Part shown: positions 1 to 14,245 of the stretch, piece after piece
Numbering within the stretch: position 1 is the first letter of the stretch
How the letters are laid out: the number at the start of each line of letters is the position of its first letter
From: Pristiophorus japonicus
Lineage: Eukaryota
Assembly: GCF_044704955.1 (NCBI RefSeq)
Contig: NC_091977.1
Location: forward strand, 255,316,001-255,380,000
Length of the DNA: 64,000 nucleotides
Direction: 5' to 3'
Translations under genes and position numbers: made by a program
The notes under the pieces: generated by a model
Databases searched by the model: none
What the model was told of the DNA's origin: nothing
The model's input: only the letters and a program-made list of their open reading frames with translations

Positions 1-3000
1 CAAATTCACCACAATCACTGGAAGCCCTGATTCATCGTGACTCACCGTGAGCCCCGATTCACCGTGAGCCCCGATTCACCACGAGCCCCGATTCACCATG
101 ATTCACCGCAAACCCCGATTAACCATGAGCTCCAAATCACCGTGATCACTGTGAGCCCTGATTCACCGTGAGCCCCGTATCACCATGATTCATCATGAGC
201 CTCGAATCACTGTGAGACCCGATTTACCGTGAGCATCGTGATCCTCAATTCTCCGTGAACCCCGATTCAACTTGATTCACCGTGAGCCCTTATTCACCAC
301 GAATCACGATGCACCACAATTCACCGCGAGCCCCGTTTCATTGCAAATTGTCGAGCCCCGATTCACCGTGAACCCTGATTCGCCACAATTCACCATCGGC
401 CCAATTCACCACAATCACCATGAGCACCGATTCACCATGAGCCTCCATTCACCATGAGCCCCGAATCACCGTGATTCACCATGAGCCTCGATTCGCTGCG
501 AACCCCGATTCATCGTGATTCACCACGAGCCTCGATTTGCCATGAGCCCTGATTCACCGTGATTCACCACGAGCCTCGATTCACCGTGAGACCTGATTCA
601 CCATGAGCCTCAATCTCTGCAAGCCCCGATTCACTGCGAGCCCCAATTCACTGTGATCCCTATTCACCCTGAGCCCCAATTCACGGTGAACCCCGATTTG
701 CCACAATTCACAATCAGCCCAAATTCACCACAATCACTGGAAGCCCCGATTCACCACGCGCCTCGATTCACCGCGAGCCCCGATTCAACATGATTCACCA
801 CAAGCCTCGATTTGCCATGTGCCCCGATTCATCGTGAACCCCGATTTACCTTGATTCACCATGAGCCTTGATTCACCATGAATCACGATGCACCACAATT
901 CACCATGATTCGCGATTCACTGCAAATTGCTTGTGCCCCGATTCACTATGAGCCCCAATTCACCACAATTCACCGTGATTCACCATGTGACTCGATTGAT
1001 TGTGAACCAGAATCACCGTGATTCACCGTGAGTCCCGATTCACCGTGAGCCCTGATTTACTATGAATCACGATGCACTGTGATACACCGTGATCCGAGAT
1101 TCACCGTGAGCCCAGATTCACAGTGAGCCTCGACTCATTGCGAGCCCCGAAACACCATGGGCCCCATTCACCATGAGCCCCATTCACCGTGAGACCAGAT
1201 TCACCACCAGCCCGGATTCATCACGAATCTGATTCACAGTCAGCTCCGATTCTCCGCAAACCCCGATTCACCATGAGCCCTGATTCACCACGATCTCAGA
1301 TACACCACGAGCCCTGATTCACCGTGAGTCCCGATTCACCGAGATTCACCACAAAGCTCGATTCACTGCGTGACCCGATGCACTGTGAACCAGAATCACT
1401 GTGATTCACCGTGAGCCCCAATTCATCATGAGTCACGATGCACTATGATACCCCATGCTCCGAGATTCACCGTGAGCCACGATTCACAGTGAGCCCCAAC
1501 TCATTGCGAGCCCCGTATCACCGTGAGCCCAAATTCACCATCAGCCCGGATTTACCGTGAACCAAATTCGCAGTGAGCCCCAATTCACCGCGAGCCCTGA
1601 TTCACCACGATCTCAGATTCACCGTGAGCCCCGATTCACCATGAGCCCTGATTCACCATGAATCACGATGCACTGTGATACACCGTGATCCGAGATTCAC
1701 CGTGAGCCCCGATTAACCGTGAAGCAGAATCACCGTGATTCACCGTGAGCCCCGATCCACCATGAGCCCTGATTCACCATGAATCACGATGCACTGTGAT
1801 ACACTGTGATCCGAGATTCACCGTGAGCCCCGATTAACCGTGAACCAGAATCACCGAGATTCACCGTGAGCCCTGATTCACAGTCAGCCTCGACTCATTG
1901 CGAGCCCCGAAACAACATGAGCCCCATTTACCATGAGCCCAATCACCGTGAGTCCAGATTCACCACCAGCCCGCAGTCAGCTCAGATTCTCCACAAACTC
2001 CGATTCACCATGAGCCCCGATTCACCACGATCTAAGATTCACCACGAGCCCTGATTCACCATGAGCCCCGATTCACCGTGAGCCCGATTCACTATGAGTC
2101 ACGATGCACTGTGATACCCCATGCTCCGAGATTCACCGTGAGCCATGATTCACAGTGAGCCCTGACTCATTGCGAGCCCCGATTCCCCACGATCCCAGAT
2201 TCACCATGAGCCCTGATTATCCCAAGCACCATTTCAATGTGAACCCCAATTCACTGTGAGCCCCGATTCACCATGAGACCCGATTCGCGTTAATTCACTG
2301 TGAAACTCGATTCGCCGTGAGCCCCGATTAACCACGAACCACGATTGCCCATGAGCCCCAATTCGCCATGAACCCTGATTCAGCGCAAGCACCGATTCAC
2401 CATAATTCACCATGAGCCCTGATTCACCGTGAGACCCGATTCACCGTGAGCATCGTGATCCTCAAATCTCAGCGAGCCCCAAATCACCTTGATTCACCGT
2501 GAGCCCTGATTCACCACGAATCACAATGCACCACAATTCACCGTGAGCCCCGTTTCATTGCAAATTATCGAGCCCTGATTCACCGTGAACCCCGATTCGC
2601 CACAATTCACCATCGGCCCAATTCACCACAATCACCATGAGCACCGATTCACCGTGAGCCTCCATTCACCGCGAGCCCCGAATCACCGTGATTCACCACG
2701 AGCCTCGATTCGCCGCGAGCCCCGATTCACCGTGATTCACCACGAGCCTCGATTTGCCATGAGCCCTGTTTCACTGCGAGCCCCGATTCACTGTGATTCA
2801 CCACGAGCCTCGATTCACCGTGAGACCTGATTCAGCGTGATTCACCATGAGCCTCAATCTCCGCGAGCCCCGATTCACTGCGAGCCCAAATTCACTGTGA
2901 TCCCCAATTCACCTTGAGCTCCAATTCACGGTGAACCCCGATTTGCCACAATTCACAATCAGCTCAAATTCACCACAATCACTGGAAGCCCCGATTCACC

Positions 3001-6000
3001 ACGAGCCTCGATTCGCCGCGAGCCCCGATTCACCGTGATTCACCACTAGCCTCGATTTGCCATGTGCCCCGATTCACCGTGAACCCCGATGTACCTTGAT
3101 TCACCGTGAGCCTTGATTCACCATGAATCGTGATGCATCGCAATTCACCGCGATCCGTGATTCACTGCAAATTGCTTGAACCCCGATTCACTATGAACCC
3201 CAATTCACCACACTTCACCATGAGCCCCGATTCACCGTGATTCACCACGAGCCCCGATTCACCGTGTGACCCGATGAACTGTGAACCAGAATTATCGTGA
3301 TTCGCCGTGAGCCACGATTCACCAAGCGTCATGATGCACTGCGATTAACCGCGAGCCCCGATTCACCGTGTGCCCCGATTCACCATGAGTCACGACACAC
3401 TGTGATACACTGTGATCTGAGATTCACCGTGGGCCCTGATTCACAGTGAGCCTCGACTCATTGCAAGCCCCATATCACCGTGAGCCCAGATTCACCATCA
3501 GCCTGGATTTACCGCGAACCCCAATTCGAAGTGAGCCCCAATTCACCGCGAGCCCTGATTCACCACGATCTCAGATTCACCGTGAGCCCCGATTAACCCA
3601 AGCACCGATTCAATATGAACCCCAATTCGCTTTGAGTCCCTATTCGCTATCATTCACCGTGAAACCTGATTCACCGTGAGCCTCGATTAACCGTGAACCA
3701 GAATCACCGTGATTCACCGTGAGCCCCGATTCACCATGAGCCCTGATTCACCATGAATCACGATGCACTGTGATACACCGTGATCCGAGATTCACCGTGA
3801 GCCCAGATTCACAGTGAGCCTCGACTCATTACGATCCCTGAAACAACATGAGCCCCATTCACCATGAGCCCCATTCACCGTGAGCCCAGATTCACCACCA
3901 GCCCGGATTCATCATGAACCCGATTCACAGTCAGCTCCAATTCTCCGCAAATCCCGATTCACCATGAGCACTGATTCACCACGATCTCAGATTCACCACG
4001 AGCCCTGATTCACTGTGAGTCCCGATTCACCGTGATTCACCACAAAGCTCAATTCACTGCGTGACCCGATGCACTGTGAACCAGAATCACCGTGATTCAC
4101 CATGAGCCGTGATTCACCATGAGCCCTGATTCACCGTGAGCCCCGATTCACCATGAGTCCCAACTCATTGCGAGTCCCGTATCACCGTGAGCCCAAATTC
4201 ACCATCAGCCCGGATTTACCGTGAGCCACGATTCACAGTGAGCCCCGACTCATTGCGAGCCCCGATTCACCATGATCCCAGATTCACCATGAGCCCTGAT
4301 TATCCCAAGCACCATTTCAATGTGAACCCCAATTCACTGTGAGCCCCGATTCACCATGAGTCCCGATTCGCGTTAATTCACTGTGAAACTCGATTCGCCG
4401 TGAGCCCCGATTAACCACGAACCACAATTGCCCATGAGCCCCAATTCGCCATGAACCCTGATTCAGCGCAAGCGCTGATTCACCATAATTTACCATGAGC
4501 CCTGATTCACTGTGAGTTCCGATTCACTGTAAAGCCCCGATTCACCGTGAGACCCGATTCACCATGAGAATTGTGATCCTCAATTCTCCACGAGTCCCGA
4601 ATCACCTTGATTCACCATGAGCCCTGATTCACCATGAATCACGATGCACCACAATTCACCGTGAGCCCCATTTCATTGCAAATTATTGAGCCCTGATTCA
4701 CCGTGAACCCCGATTTGCCACAATTCACCATCGGCCCAATTCACCACAATCACCATGAGCACCGATTCATCATGAGCCTCCATTCACCGCGAGCCCCGAA
4801 TCACCGTGATTCACCACGAGCCTCGATTCGCCGCGAGCCCCGATTCACCGTGAGACCTGATTCACCATGATTCACCATGAGCCTCAATCTCCGCGAGCCC
4901 CGATTCACTGCGAGCCCAAATTCACTGTGATCCCCAATTCACCTTGAGCCCCAATTCACGGTGAACCCCGATTTGCCACAATTCACAATCAGCCCAAATT
5001 CACCACAATCACTGGAAGCCCCGATTCACCACGAGCCTCGATTCGCCGCGAGCCCCGATTCACTGTGATTCACCACGAGTCTTGATTTGCCATGTTCCCC
5101 GATTCACCGTGAACCCCGATTTACCTTGATTCCCCGTGAGCCTTGATTCACCATGAATCGTGATGTATCGCAATTCATCACGATCCGTGATTCACTGCAA
5201 ATTGCTTGAACCCCGATTCACTATTAGCCCCAATTCACCACACTTCACCATGAGTCCCGATTCACCGTGATTCACCACGAGCCCCGATTCACCGTGTGAC
5301 CCGATGCACTGTGAACAAAAATTATCGTGATTCACCGTGAGCCCCGATTCACCAAGCGTCATGATGCACTGCGATTAACCGCGAGCCCCGATTCACCGTG
5401 AGCCCCGATTCACCATGAGTTATGACACACTGTGATACACTGTGATCTGAGATTCACCGTGGGCCCTGATTCACAGTGAGCCTCGACTCATTGCAAGCCC
5501 CGTATCACCATGAGCCCAGATTCACCATCAGCCTGGATTTACCGCGAACCCCAATTCACTGCGAGCCCTGATTCACCACGATTCCAGATTCACCGTGAGC
5601 CCCGATTAACCCAAGCACCGATTCAATATGAACCCCAATTCGCTTTGAGTCCCTATTCGCTATCATTCACCGTGAAACCCGATTCACCGTGAGCCCTGAT
5701 TCACCATGAATCAAGATGCACTGTGATACACCGTGATCCGAGATTCACCGTGAGCCCAGATTCACAGTGAGCCTCGACTCATTGCGATCCCCGAAACAAC
5801 ATGAGCCCCATTCACCATGAGCCCCATTCACCGTGAGCCCAGATTCACCACCAGCCCGGATTCATCATGAACCCGATTCACAGTCAGCTCCAATTCTCCG
5901 CAAACCCCGATTCACCATGAGCCCTGATTCACCACGATCTCAGATTCACCACGAGCCCTGATTCACTGTGAGTCCCGATTCACCATGATTCACCACAAAG

Positions 6001-9000
6001 CTCGATTCACTGCGTGACCCGATGCACTGTGAACCAGAATCACCGTGATTCACCATGAGCCGTGATTCACCATGAGCCCTGATTCACCGTGAGCCCCGAT
6101 TCACCATGAGTCCCAACTCATTGCGAGCCCCGTATCACCGTGAGCCCAAATTCACCATCAGCCCGGATTTACCGTGAACCAAATTCGCAGTGAGCCCTGA
6201 TTCACCGCGAGCCCCGATTCACCACAATCCCAGATTCACCATGAGCCCTGATTATCCCAAGCACCGTTTCATTGTGAACCCCAATTCACTGTGAGCCCCG
6301 ATTTACCATGAGTCCCGATTCACCGTGATTCACTGTGAAACTCGATTCGCCGTGAGCCCCGATTAACCACGAACCACAATTGCCCATGAGCCCCAATTCG
6401 CCATGAACCCTGATTCAGCACAAGCGCCGATTCACCATAATTTACCATGAGCCCTGATTCACTGTGAGTTCCGATTCACTGTAAAGCCCCGATTCACCGT
6501 GAGACCCGATTCACCGTGAGAATTGTGATCCTCAATTCTCCACGAGCCCCGGATCACCTTGATTCACCATGAGCCCTGATTCACCATGAATCACGATGCA
6601 CCACAATTCACCGCGAGCCCCATTTCATTGCAAATTATTGAGCCCTGATTCACCGTGAACCCCGATTTGCCACAATTCACCATCGGCCCAATTCACCACA
6701 ATCACCATGAGCACCGACTCATCATGAGCCTCCATTTACCGCGAGCCCCAAATCACCGTGATTCACCACGAGCCTCGATTCGCCGCGAGCCCCGATTCAC
6801 CGTGAGACCTGATTCACCATGATTCACCATGAGCCTCAATCTCCGCGAGCCCCGATTCACTGCGAGCCCAAATTCACTGTGATCCCCAATTCACCTTGAG
6901 CCCCAATTCACGGTGAACCCCGATTTGCCACAATTCACAATCAGCCCAAATTCACCACAATCACTGGAAGCCCCGATTCACCACGAGCCTCGATTCGCCG
7001 CGAGCCCCGATTCACCATGATTCACCACGAGTCTTGATTTGCCATGTTCCCCGATTCACAGTGAACCCCGATGAACCCCGATTTACCTTGATTCACCGTG
7101 AGCCTTGATTCACCATGAATCGTGATGCATCGCAATTCACCACGATCCGTGATTCACTGCAAATTGCTTGAACCGCGATTCACTATTAGCCCCAATTCAC
7201 CACACTTCACCATGAGCCCCGATTCACCGTGATTCACCACGAGCCCCGATTCACCGTGTGACCCGATGCACTGTGAACCAAAATTATCGTGATTCACCGT
7301 GAGCCCCGATTCACCAAGCGTCATGATGCACTGTGATTAACCGCGAGCCCCGATTCACCGTGAGCCCCGATTCACCATGAGTCATGACACACTGTGATAC
7401 ACTGTGATCTGAGATTCACCGTGGGCCCTGATTCACAGTGAGCCTCGACTCATTGCAAGCCCCGTATCACCGTGAGCCCAGATTCACCATCAGCCTGGAT
7501 TTACCGCGAACCCCGATTCGAAGTGAGCCACAATTCACCGCGAGCCCTGATTCACCACGATCTCAGATTCACCGTGAGCCCCAATTAACCCAAGCACCAA
7601 TTCAATATGAACCCCAATTCGCTTTGAGTCCCGATTCGCTATCATTCACTGTGAAATCCGATTCACCGTGAACCCCGATTAACCGTGAACCAGAATCACC
7701 GTTATTCACCGTGAGCCCCGATTCACCATGAGCCCTGATTCACCATGAATCACGATGCACTGTGATACACCGTGATCCGAGATTCACTGTGAGCCCTGAT
7801 TCACAGTGAGCCTCGACTCATTGCGAGCCCCGAAACATGAGCCCCATTCACCATGAGCCCGATTCACCGTGAGCCCCGATTCACTACGATCTCGGATTCA
7901 CCACGAGCCCTGATTCACCGTGAGTCCCGATTCACCGTGATTCACCACAAAGCTCGATTCACTGCATGACCCGATGCACTGTGAACCAGAATGGCCGTGA
8001 TTCATCATGAGCCCCGATTCACCGTGAGCACCGATTCACCATGAGTCACGATGCACTGTGATACCCCATGCTCCGAGATTCACTGTGAAACTCGATTCGC
8101 CGTGAGCCCCGTTTAACCACGAACCATGATTGCCCATGTGCCCCAATTCACCGTGAGACCCGATTGACCGCGAGCCCCGATTCACCTTGATTCACCGTGA
8201 GTCATGATTCACCATTAATCACAATGCTCCACAATTCAGCGTGATCCCGTTTCACTGCAAATTGCCCTGAGCCCCGATTATACCGTGAGCACCAATTCAC
8301 CGTGATTCACCGTGAGCTCCCATTCAGCGTGAGCCCCCATTCACCCTGACCCCCGATTCACCGTGATTCACCATGAACCTCGATTCACCGTGAGCCCTGA
8401 TTCACCATGAATCAAGATGCACTGTGATACACCGTGATCCAAGATTCACCGTGAGCCCCGATTCTTCATGAACCCCGACTCATTGCGAGCTCCGAAACAT
8501 CATGAGCCCCAAATCTCCGTGAGCCCGATTCACCGTGAGCCCCGATTCAACGTGAGCCCCGTTTCACCGTCATCCTCCATGAGGCCCGATTCAACATGAT
8601 TCACCGTGAGCCCCGATTAACCCTGATAACTGTGAGCCCCGATTCACCACAAGACCTGATTCACTGTGATTCACCACGAGCCTCAATTCACCGTGATTCA
8701 CCGTGAGCCCCGCTTCAATGTGAACCCCAATTCACCACATTTCACCATCAGTCCAAATTCACCACAATCACCGTGAGCCCCGATTCACCGTGAATCACCA
8801 TGAGCTTCCATCATCTTGAGCCCCGATTCACCATAAGCCCCGATTCACCGCGAGCCCCAAATCACCATGATCACTGTGAGCCCCAATTCACCGCGAGCCC
8901 CGATTCACCGTGATTCACCACGAGCCTCGATTCACCGTGATTCACCGTGAGCCTCAATTCTCCACAAGCCCCGATTCACTGGGAGCCCCGATTCACCGTG

Positions 9001-10797
9001 AACCCCGATTCAACCTGAGCCCCGATTCACCGTGGACCCCGATCCAACCTGAGCCCCAATTCACGGTAAACCCCGATTCAACCTGAGCCCCGGTTCACCT
9101 CATTGCGTGCCCCGACTCATTGCGAGCCCCATATCACCGTGAGCCCAAATTCACCATCAGCCCGGATTTACCGCGAACCCCGATTCACCGCGAGCCCCGA
9201 TTCACCACGATCACAGATTCACCGTGAGCCCCGATTATCCCAAGCACCGTTTCAATGTGAACCCCAATTCACTGTGAGCCCCGACGCACCATGAGTCCCG
9301 ATTAGCCGTGATTCACTGTGAAACTCGATTCACTGTGAGCCACGATTAACCATGAATCACGATTGCCCATGTGCCCCAATTCGTTATGAACCCTGATTAG
9401 GCGCAAGCGGCGATTCACCATAATTCACCGCGAGCCCCGAATCACTGTAAGCCCCGATTCACCGTGGTTCACCATGAGCCCCAATTCACCGCAAGCCCCG
9501 ATTCATTGTGGGCCCCAAATCACCGTGATTCACCACAAGCCTCGATTCACCGTGAGACCCGATTCACGGCGAGCCCCAATTCACCTTGATTCACCGAGAG
9601 CCATGATTCACCATTAATCACAATGCTCCACAATTCAGCGCGAGCCCCGTTTCAGTGCAAATTGCCCTGAGCCCCGATTCACCGTGAGAACCAATTTACC
9701 GTGATTCACCATGAGCCCCCATTCACTGCGAACCCCCATTCACCCTGAACCCCGATTCAACATGATTCACCATGAACCTCGATTCACCGTGTGACTCACT
9801 TCACTGTGAACCAGAATCACCGTGATTCATCGTGAGCCCCGATTCACCAAACGTCACGCTGCACCGTGATTCACCGTGAGTCCTGATTAACCATGAGCCC
9901 TGATTCACCATGAACCACGATGCACTGTGATACACCATGATCCGAGATTCACCGTGAGCCCTGATTCACAGTAAGCCCAACACATTGCGAGCCCCGAAAC
10001 ACCATGAGCCCCATTCACCATGAGCCTGATTCTCCGTGAGCCCAGATTCACCATCAGCCCGGATTCACCACGAACCTCGATTCGCAGTGAGCTCCGATTC
10101 TCCGCAAACCCCAATTTACCATGTGCCCCGATTCACCACGATCTCAGATTCACCGTGAGCCCCGATTAACCCAAGCACCGATTCAAATGTGAACCCCAAT
10201 TCACTGCGAGCCCCCATTCACCCTGAACCCCAATTCACCGTGATTCACTACAAAGCTCGATTCACTGTGTTACCCGATGCAGTGTGAACCAGAATCACCA
10301 TAATTCACCGTGAGCCCCGATTCACCGTGAGCCCCGATTCACCATGAGTCATGATGCACTGTGATACCCCATGCTCCGAGATTCACCGTGAGCCACGATT
10401 CACAGTGAGCCCCAACTCATTGCGAGACCTGTATCACCGTGAACCCAGATTCACCATCAGTCCGGATTTACCGCGAACGTCGATTCGCAGTGAGCCCCGA
10501 TTCACCGCGAGCCCCGATCAGCACCATCCCAGATTCACCGTGAGTCCCGATTATCCCAAGCACCGTTTCAATGTGAACCCCAATTCACTGTGAGCCCCGA
10601 TTCATCATGAGTCCCGATTCTCCGTGATTCTCTGTGAAACTCGATTCACCGTGAGCCCCGATTAACCGTGAACCATGATTGCCCATGAGCCCAATTCCCC
10701 ATGAACCCTGATTCAGCGCAAGCGCCGATTCACCATAATCCACTGCGAGCCCCGATTCACTGTAAACCTCGATTCACTGTAAGCCCTGATTCACCGT
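1..10797 (+). repeat. Satellite array, left block: 17-bp GATTCACCGYGAGCCCC and 10-bp GATTCACCGT units with ~2-kb higher-order repeat
   Basis: Continuous tandem units. Rare landmarks recur: TGCAAATT(A/G)T at ~342, 2559, 4677, 6629; CAAGCACC(G/A)ATTCAATATG at ~3599, 5612, 7591. Confidence 0.97.
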
Positions 10798-11060
10798 TGT
10801 TATGTCGTTATTATCTACTGTAAATCAACACGAGGCACATACTGGAGACAAGGTCACTCTGTGACCTGTACCTTTATTCACAGGACCAAGGAGTGCTGAC
10901 CCTGCATGGAACCTCCCTTTATATACCTGGATGAACAGGTGAGGAGTGTCTCCCACAAGTTCATCCCCTGTGGTCAAGGTGTGCATTTCTTAGGTGTATA
11001 CAGTGTACAGTGTTGTTACATGAAGGTTACAGTTACATGAAAGTTACAAACATGACATCA
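10798..11060 (-). repeat. 3' LTR of Gypsy element 1
   Basis: Homologous to 15251-15510; adjacent minus-strand polypurine tract GGGGGGAGG at 11061-11069. Confidence 0.93.
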
Positions 11061-11410
11061 CCTCCCCCCAACGTCTTTGGGTCAAAGATTGAGTCTTTTA
11101 GGCGGTCGATGCTCTCACGTGGAGCGCCGCAGTTGGGGCTCTGGTTGTTGAGCCTTGGCATGCGTCTCTGTCACCTGTGGTGATTCCGGCTTGTCCGGGC
11201 CGGCCGCAGAGACGTGCGTGCTGCTGACGGTTCTTGTTGCTCGTTCTCTGGCAGTGGTGTGGGCAGCATCTCATGATTTTCCTCAGGTTCCTCAGTGTCC
11301 ATGCTGAACCTTTTATTTACTTGGTCCAGATGCTTGCGGCATATCTGTCCATTGTTAAGTCTGACCACGATGACCCTATTCCCCTCTTTACCAATTACAG
11401 TACCCTCAAG

Positions 11411-12324
11411 TCACTTGGGCCCCAAAGCATGATTATGAACAAATACAGGGTCATCGATTTCTATACATCTCCCCTTTGAGTTATTGTCATGGCACTCATT
11501 TTGGGACTGGCGCTTGACCTCAACATTGTCTAACAGGACTGGATGAATGAGGGACAGCCGAGTTTTAAGTGAACGTTTCATGAGTAGTTCCGCTGGCAGG
11601 ACTCCTGTGAGCGAATGCGGTCGAGACCTACAGACCAGCAGGAGGCGCGATAGGCGGCATTGAAGGGAGGGTCCTTGAATCCGGAACATGCCTTGTTTTA
11701 TGATTTGGACTGCACGTTCCGCTTGGCCATTGGAAGCCGGCTTGAACGGTGCTGCCCTGACATGTTTGATGCCATTACCGGACATGAACTCCTGGAATTC
11801 ATAGCTCGTGAAGCACGGGCCGTTGTCGCTAACCAGGATGTCCGGCAATCCGTGGGTCGCAAAGACCGCATGCAGACTCTCCACTGTGGTGATCCATTTC
11901 AAGTACGCATCAAAAACAATGAGGAACATTTTCCCCATGAATGGGCCCGCGTAGTCAACGTGAATACGTGACCATGGCTTGGTGGGCCAGGGCCACGGGC
12001 TAAGTGGGGCCTCCCTGGGGGCATTGCCCAGCTGGGCACACGTCGTGCACCTGCGAACACAGTGTTCCAGGTCTACATCAATTCCCGGCCACCATACATG
12101 TGACCGTGCGATGACCTTCATAGCACAATGCCTGGATGCTCACTGTGGAGTCCCCTGATGAATGCTTCCCTTCCCTTCTGGGGCATGACTACCTGGCTGT
12201 CCCATAGTAGGCAGTCGGCTTGGATAGAGAGTTCATCCATCCGTCTGTGAAACGGTCTGACCTCTTCATGGCATGCTCCGTGTGCGGGCGCCCAATTCCC
12301 AGTAAGGACACATTTCTTAATCAA
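11411..12324 (-). pseudogene. Gypsy integrase (frameshifted, small deletion)
   Basis: HHCC zinc finger (LHSEHPG...CTTC), RIHVDYAGP, VSDNGP, SNGQAERAVQ catalytic motifs. Confidence 0.93.
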
Positions 12325-13847
12325 GGATTGATCTGGTGGGCTGTGATGGGGGAGCCTGCGCTGTCGAAAGCATCGACAGCCATCACCATCTCAGCGCTTT
12401 GCTCTGCTGCCCCCTCAGTGGTGGCCAATGGGAGCCTGCTGAGTGCGTCAGCGCAATTTTCGGTGCCTGGCCGGTGCTGTATGGTATATTCATATGCAGC
12501 CAGCATGAGAGCCCATCGCTGTATGCGAGCTGACGCATTGGCATTGACAGCTTTGCTGTCGGACAACAGGGATGTTAATGGCTTGTGGTCCGTTTCTAAC
12601 TTGAACCTTCTGCCAAAAAGGTACTGGTGCATCTTTTTCACCCCGTAGACACATGCGAGTGCTTCTTTTTCAACCATCCCATATCCCCTTTCTGCTTGGG
12701 AGAACGACCTGGAAGCATCATCCACAGGTTGGAGTTGGTCCTCATCATTACTCTGCTGCAACATGCACTCAACCCCATAGGATGATGCATCACATGTCAA
12801 AACTAATTTCTTACAGGTGTTGTACAGGTTCAACAGCTTATTAGAACAAAGCAGGTTCCGCGCCCGATTGAAAGCCCGTTCCTGATAGTCCCCCCAAAAC
12901 CAATCGCAACCCTTACGCAGGAGCACGTGTCGTGGCTCCAACAATGTGCTTAAGTTTGGCAGAAAGTTCCCGAAATAGTTCAATAGTCCCAGAAATGAAC
13001 GCAACTCCGATGTGTTGCCGGGCCTGGGTGCACGACGGATCGCCTCCGTTTTGGATTCGGTGGGCCGGATCCCGTCTGCAGCAACCCTCCTGCCCAAAAA
13101 CTCGACCTCTGAGGCCAAAAACACACACTTGGACGTCTTTAGTCGCAGGCCGACCCGGTCCAGTCGGCGTAGCACCTCCTCCAGGTTATGGAGGTGTTCC
13201 TCGGTGTCGCGACCCGTGATAAGGATGTCGTCCTGAAATACGATTGTTCCGGGGATGGATTTGAGCAGGCTTTCCATGTTCCTTTGAAAGATAGCGGCTG
13301 CTGAACGAATGCCAAATGGACACCTGTTGTAAACAAACAACCCCTTGTGTGTGGTGATGGTGGTCAGTAGCTTGGATTCTTCGGCCAGTTCCTGGGTCAT
13401 GTAGGCCAATGTGAGGTCCAACTTGGTGAACAGCTTGCCGCCTGCCAGTGTGGCATAAAGATCCTCCGCTCTCAGAAGCGGGTATTGGTCTTGTAGTGAC
13501 ACTCGGTTGATGGTGGCCTTGTAGTCGCCACAGATCTTGACCGAGCCATCCGTTTTTAGGATAGGGACGATGGGGCTTGCCCAGTCGCTGAATTCAATGA
13601 GCGAGATTCTGCCCTCTCTTAGCAACCTGTCTAACTCTCTCTCAATTTTCTCCCGCATCACATATGGCACAGCTCTGGCTTTATGGTGCACTGGTGTGGC
13701 GCCCAGGGTGATGCGTATTACTACTTTGGTACCTTTGAAAATACCGACACCAGGTTGAAATAGTGACTCAAACTTTTGTAGGACCTGTGAGCATGAACTT
13801 CGCTCCACAGATGAAATGGCATGCACATCCCCCCATTTCCAGTTCAT
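12321..13847 (-). CDS. Gypsy reverse transcriptase / RNase H (pol segment)
   Basis: WASPIVP, CGDYK, CPFGI, FQDDIL, CDAS, EKEALA, TDHKPL, ADALSRL in a 508-aa ORF. Confidence 0.93.
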   Translation of the reverse strand: MNWKWGDVHAISSVERSSCSQVLQKFESLFQPGVGIFKGTKVVIRITLGATPVHHKARAVPYVMREKIERELDRLLREGRISLIEFSDWASPIVPILKTDGSVKICGDYKATINRVSLQDQYPLLRAEDLYATLAGGKLFTKLDLTLAYMTQELAEESKLLTTITTHKGLFVYNRCPFGIRSAAAIFQRNMESLLKSIPGTIVFQDDILITGRDTEEHLHNLEEVLRRLDRVGLRLKTSKCVFLASEVEFLGRRVAADGIRPTESKTEAIRRAPRPGNTSELRSFLGLLNYFGNFLPNLSTLLEPRHVLLRKGCDWFWGDYQERAFNRARNLLCSNKLLNLYNTCKKLVLTCDASSYGVECMLQQSNDEDQLQPVDDASRSFSQAERGYGMVEKEALACVYGVKKMHQYLFGRRFKLETDHKPLTSLLSDSKAVNANASARIQRWALMLAAYEYTIQHRPGTENCADALSRLPLATTEGAAEQSAEMVMAVDAFDSAGSPITAHQINP

Positions 13848-13856
13848 CTCAGCTAG

Positions 13857-14203
13857 TCAGCTCCTCCCCAAAAGCGCAGGACCATTTCCCGGGACAATCC
13901 AGAGTGGCAGCCAGTTCTCTGATCCATTATGTGTGACCACCAACATTGCACTGCCTTGCACTGGGATGATCTCTTTGGTATATGTCCGTAATTGCGTGTC
14001 AATGTGTTCTAGTTTGGGTCTGCTAGCTCTGAGTGGCCATAGTTTCTCGAATTGTTGGACATCATAAGTGACTGGTTGGCTCCTGTGTCCAGCTCCATGC
14101 ATACCGGGATACCGTTTAACAGTACTCTCATCATCATTGGTGGTGTCTTTGTGTATGAGCTGTGGATGTTTGCCACCTGAACCCACTGAACTTCAGCGTC
14201 CAT
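13857..14203 (-). pseudogene. Gypsy aspartic protease (frameshifted)
   Basis: MELDTGA active site in one frame, ALLGR motif in the overlapping frame. Confidence 0.88.
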
Positions 14204-14245
14204 TGCTGTGTCCCAAGCATAACCCTGCCTTGCAGATCCCTCTTG

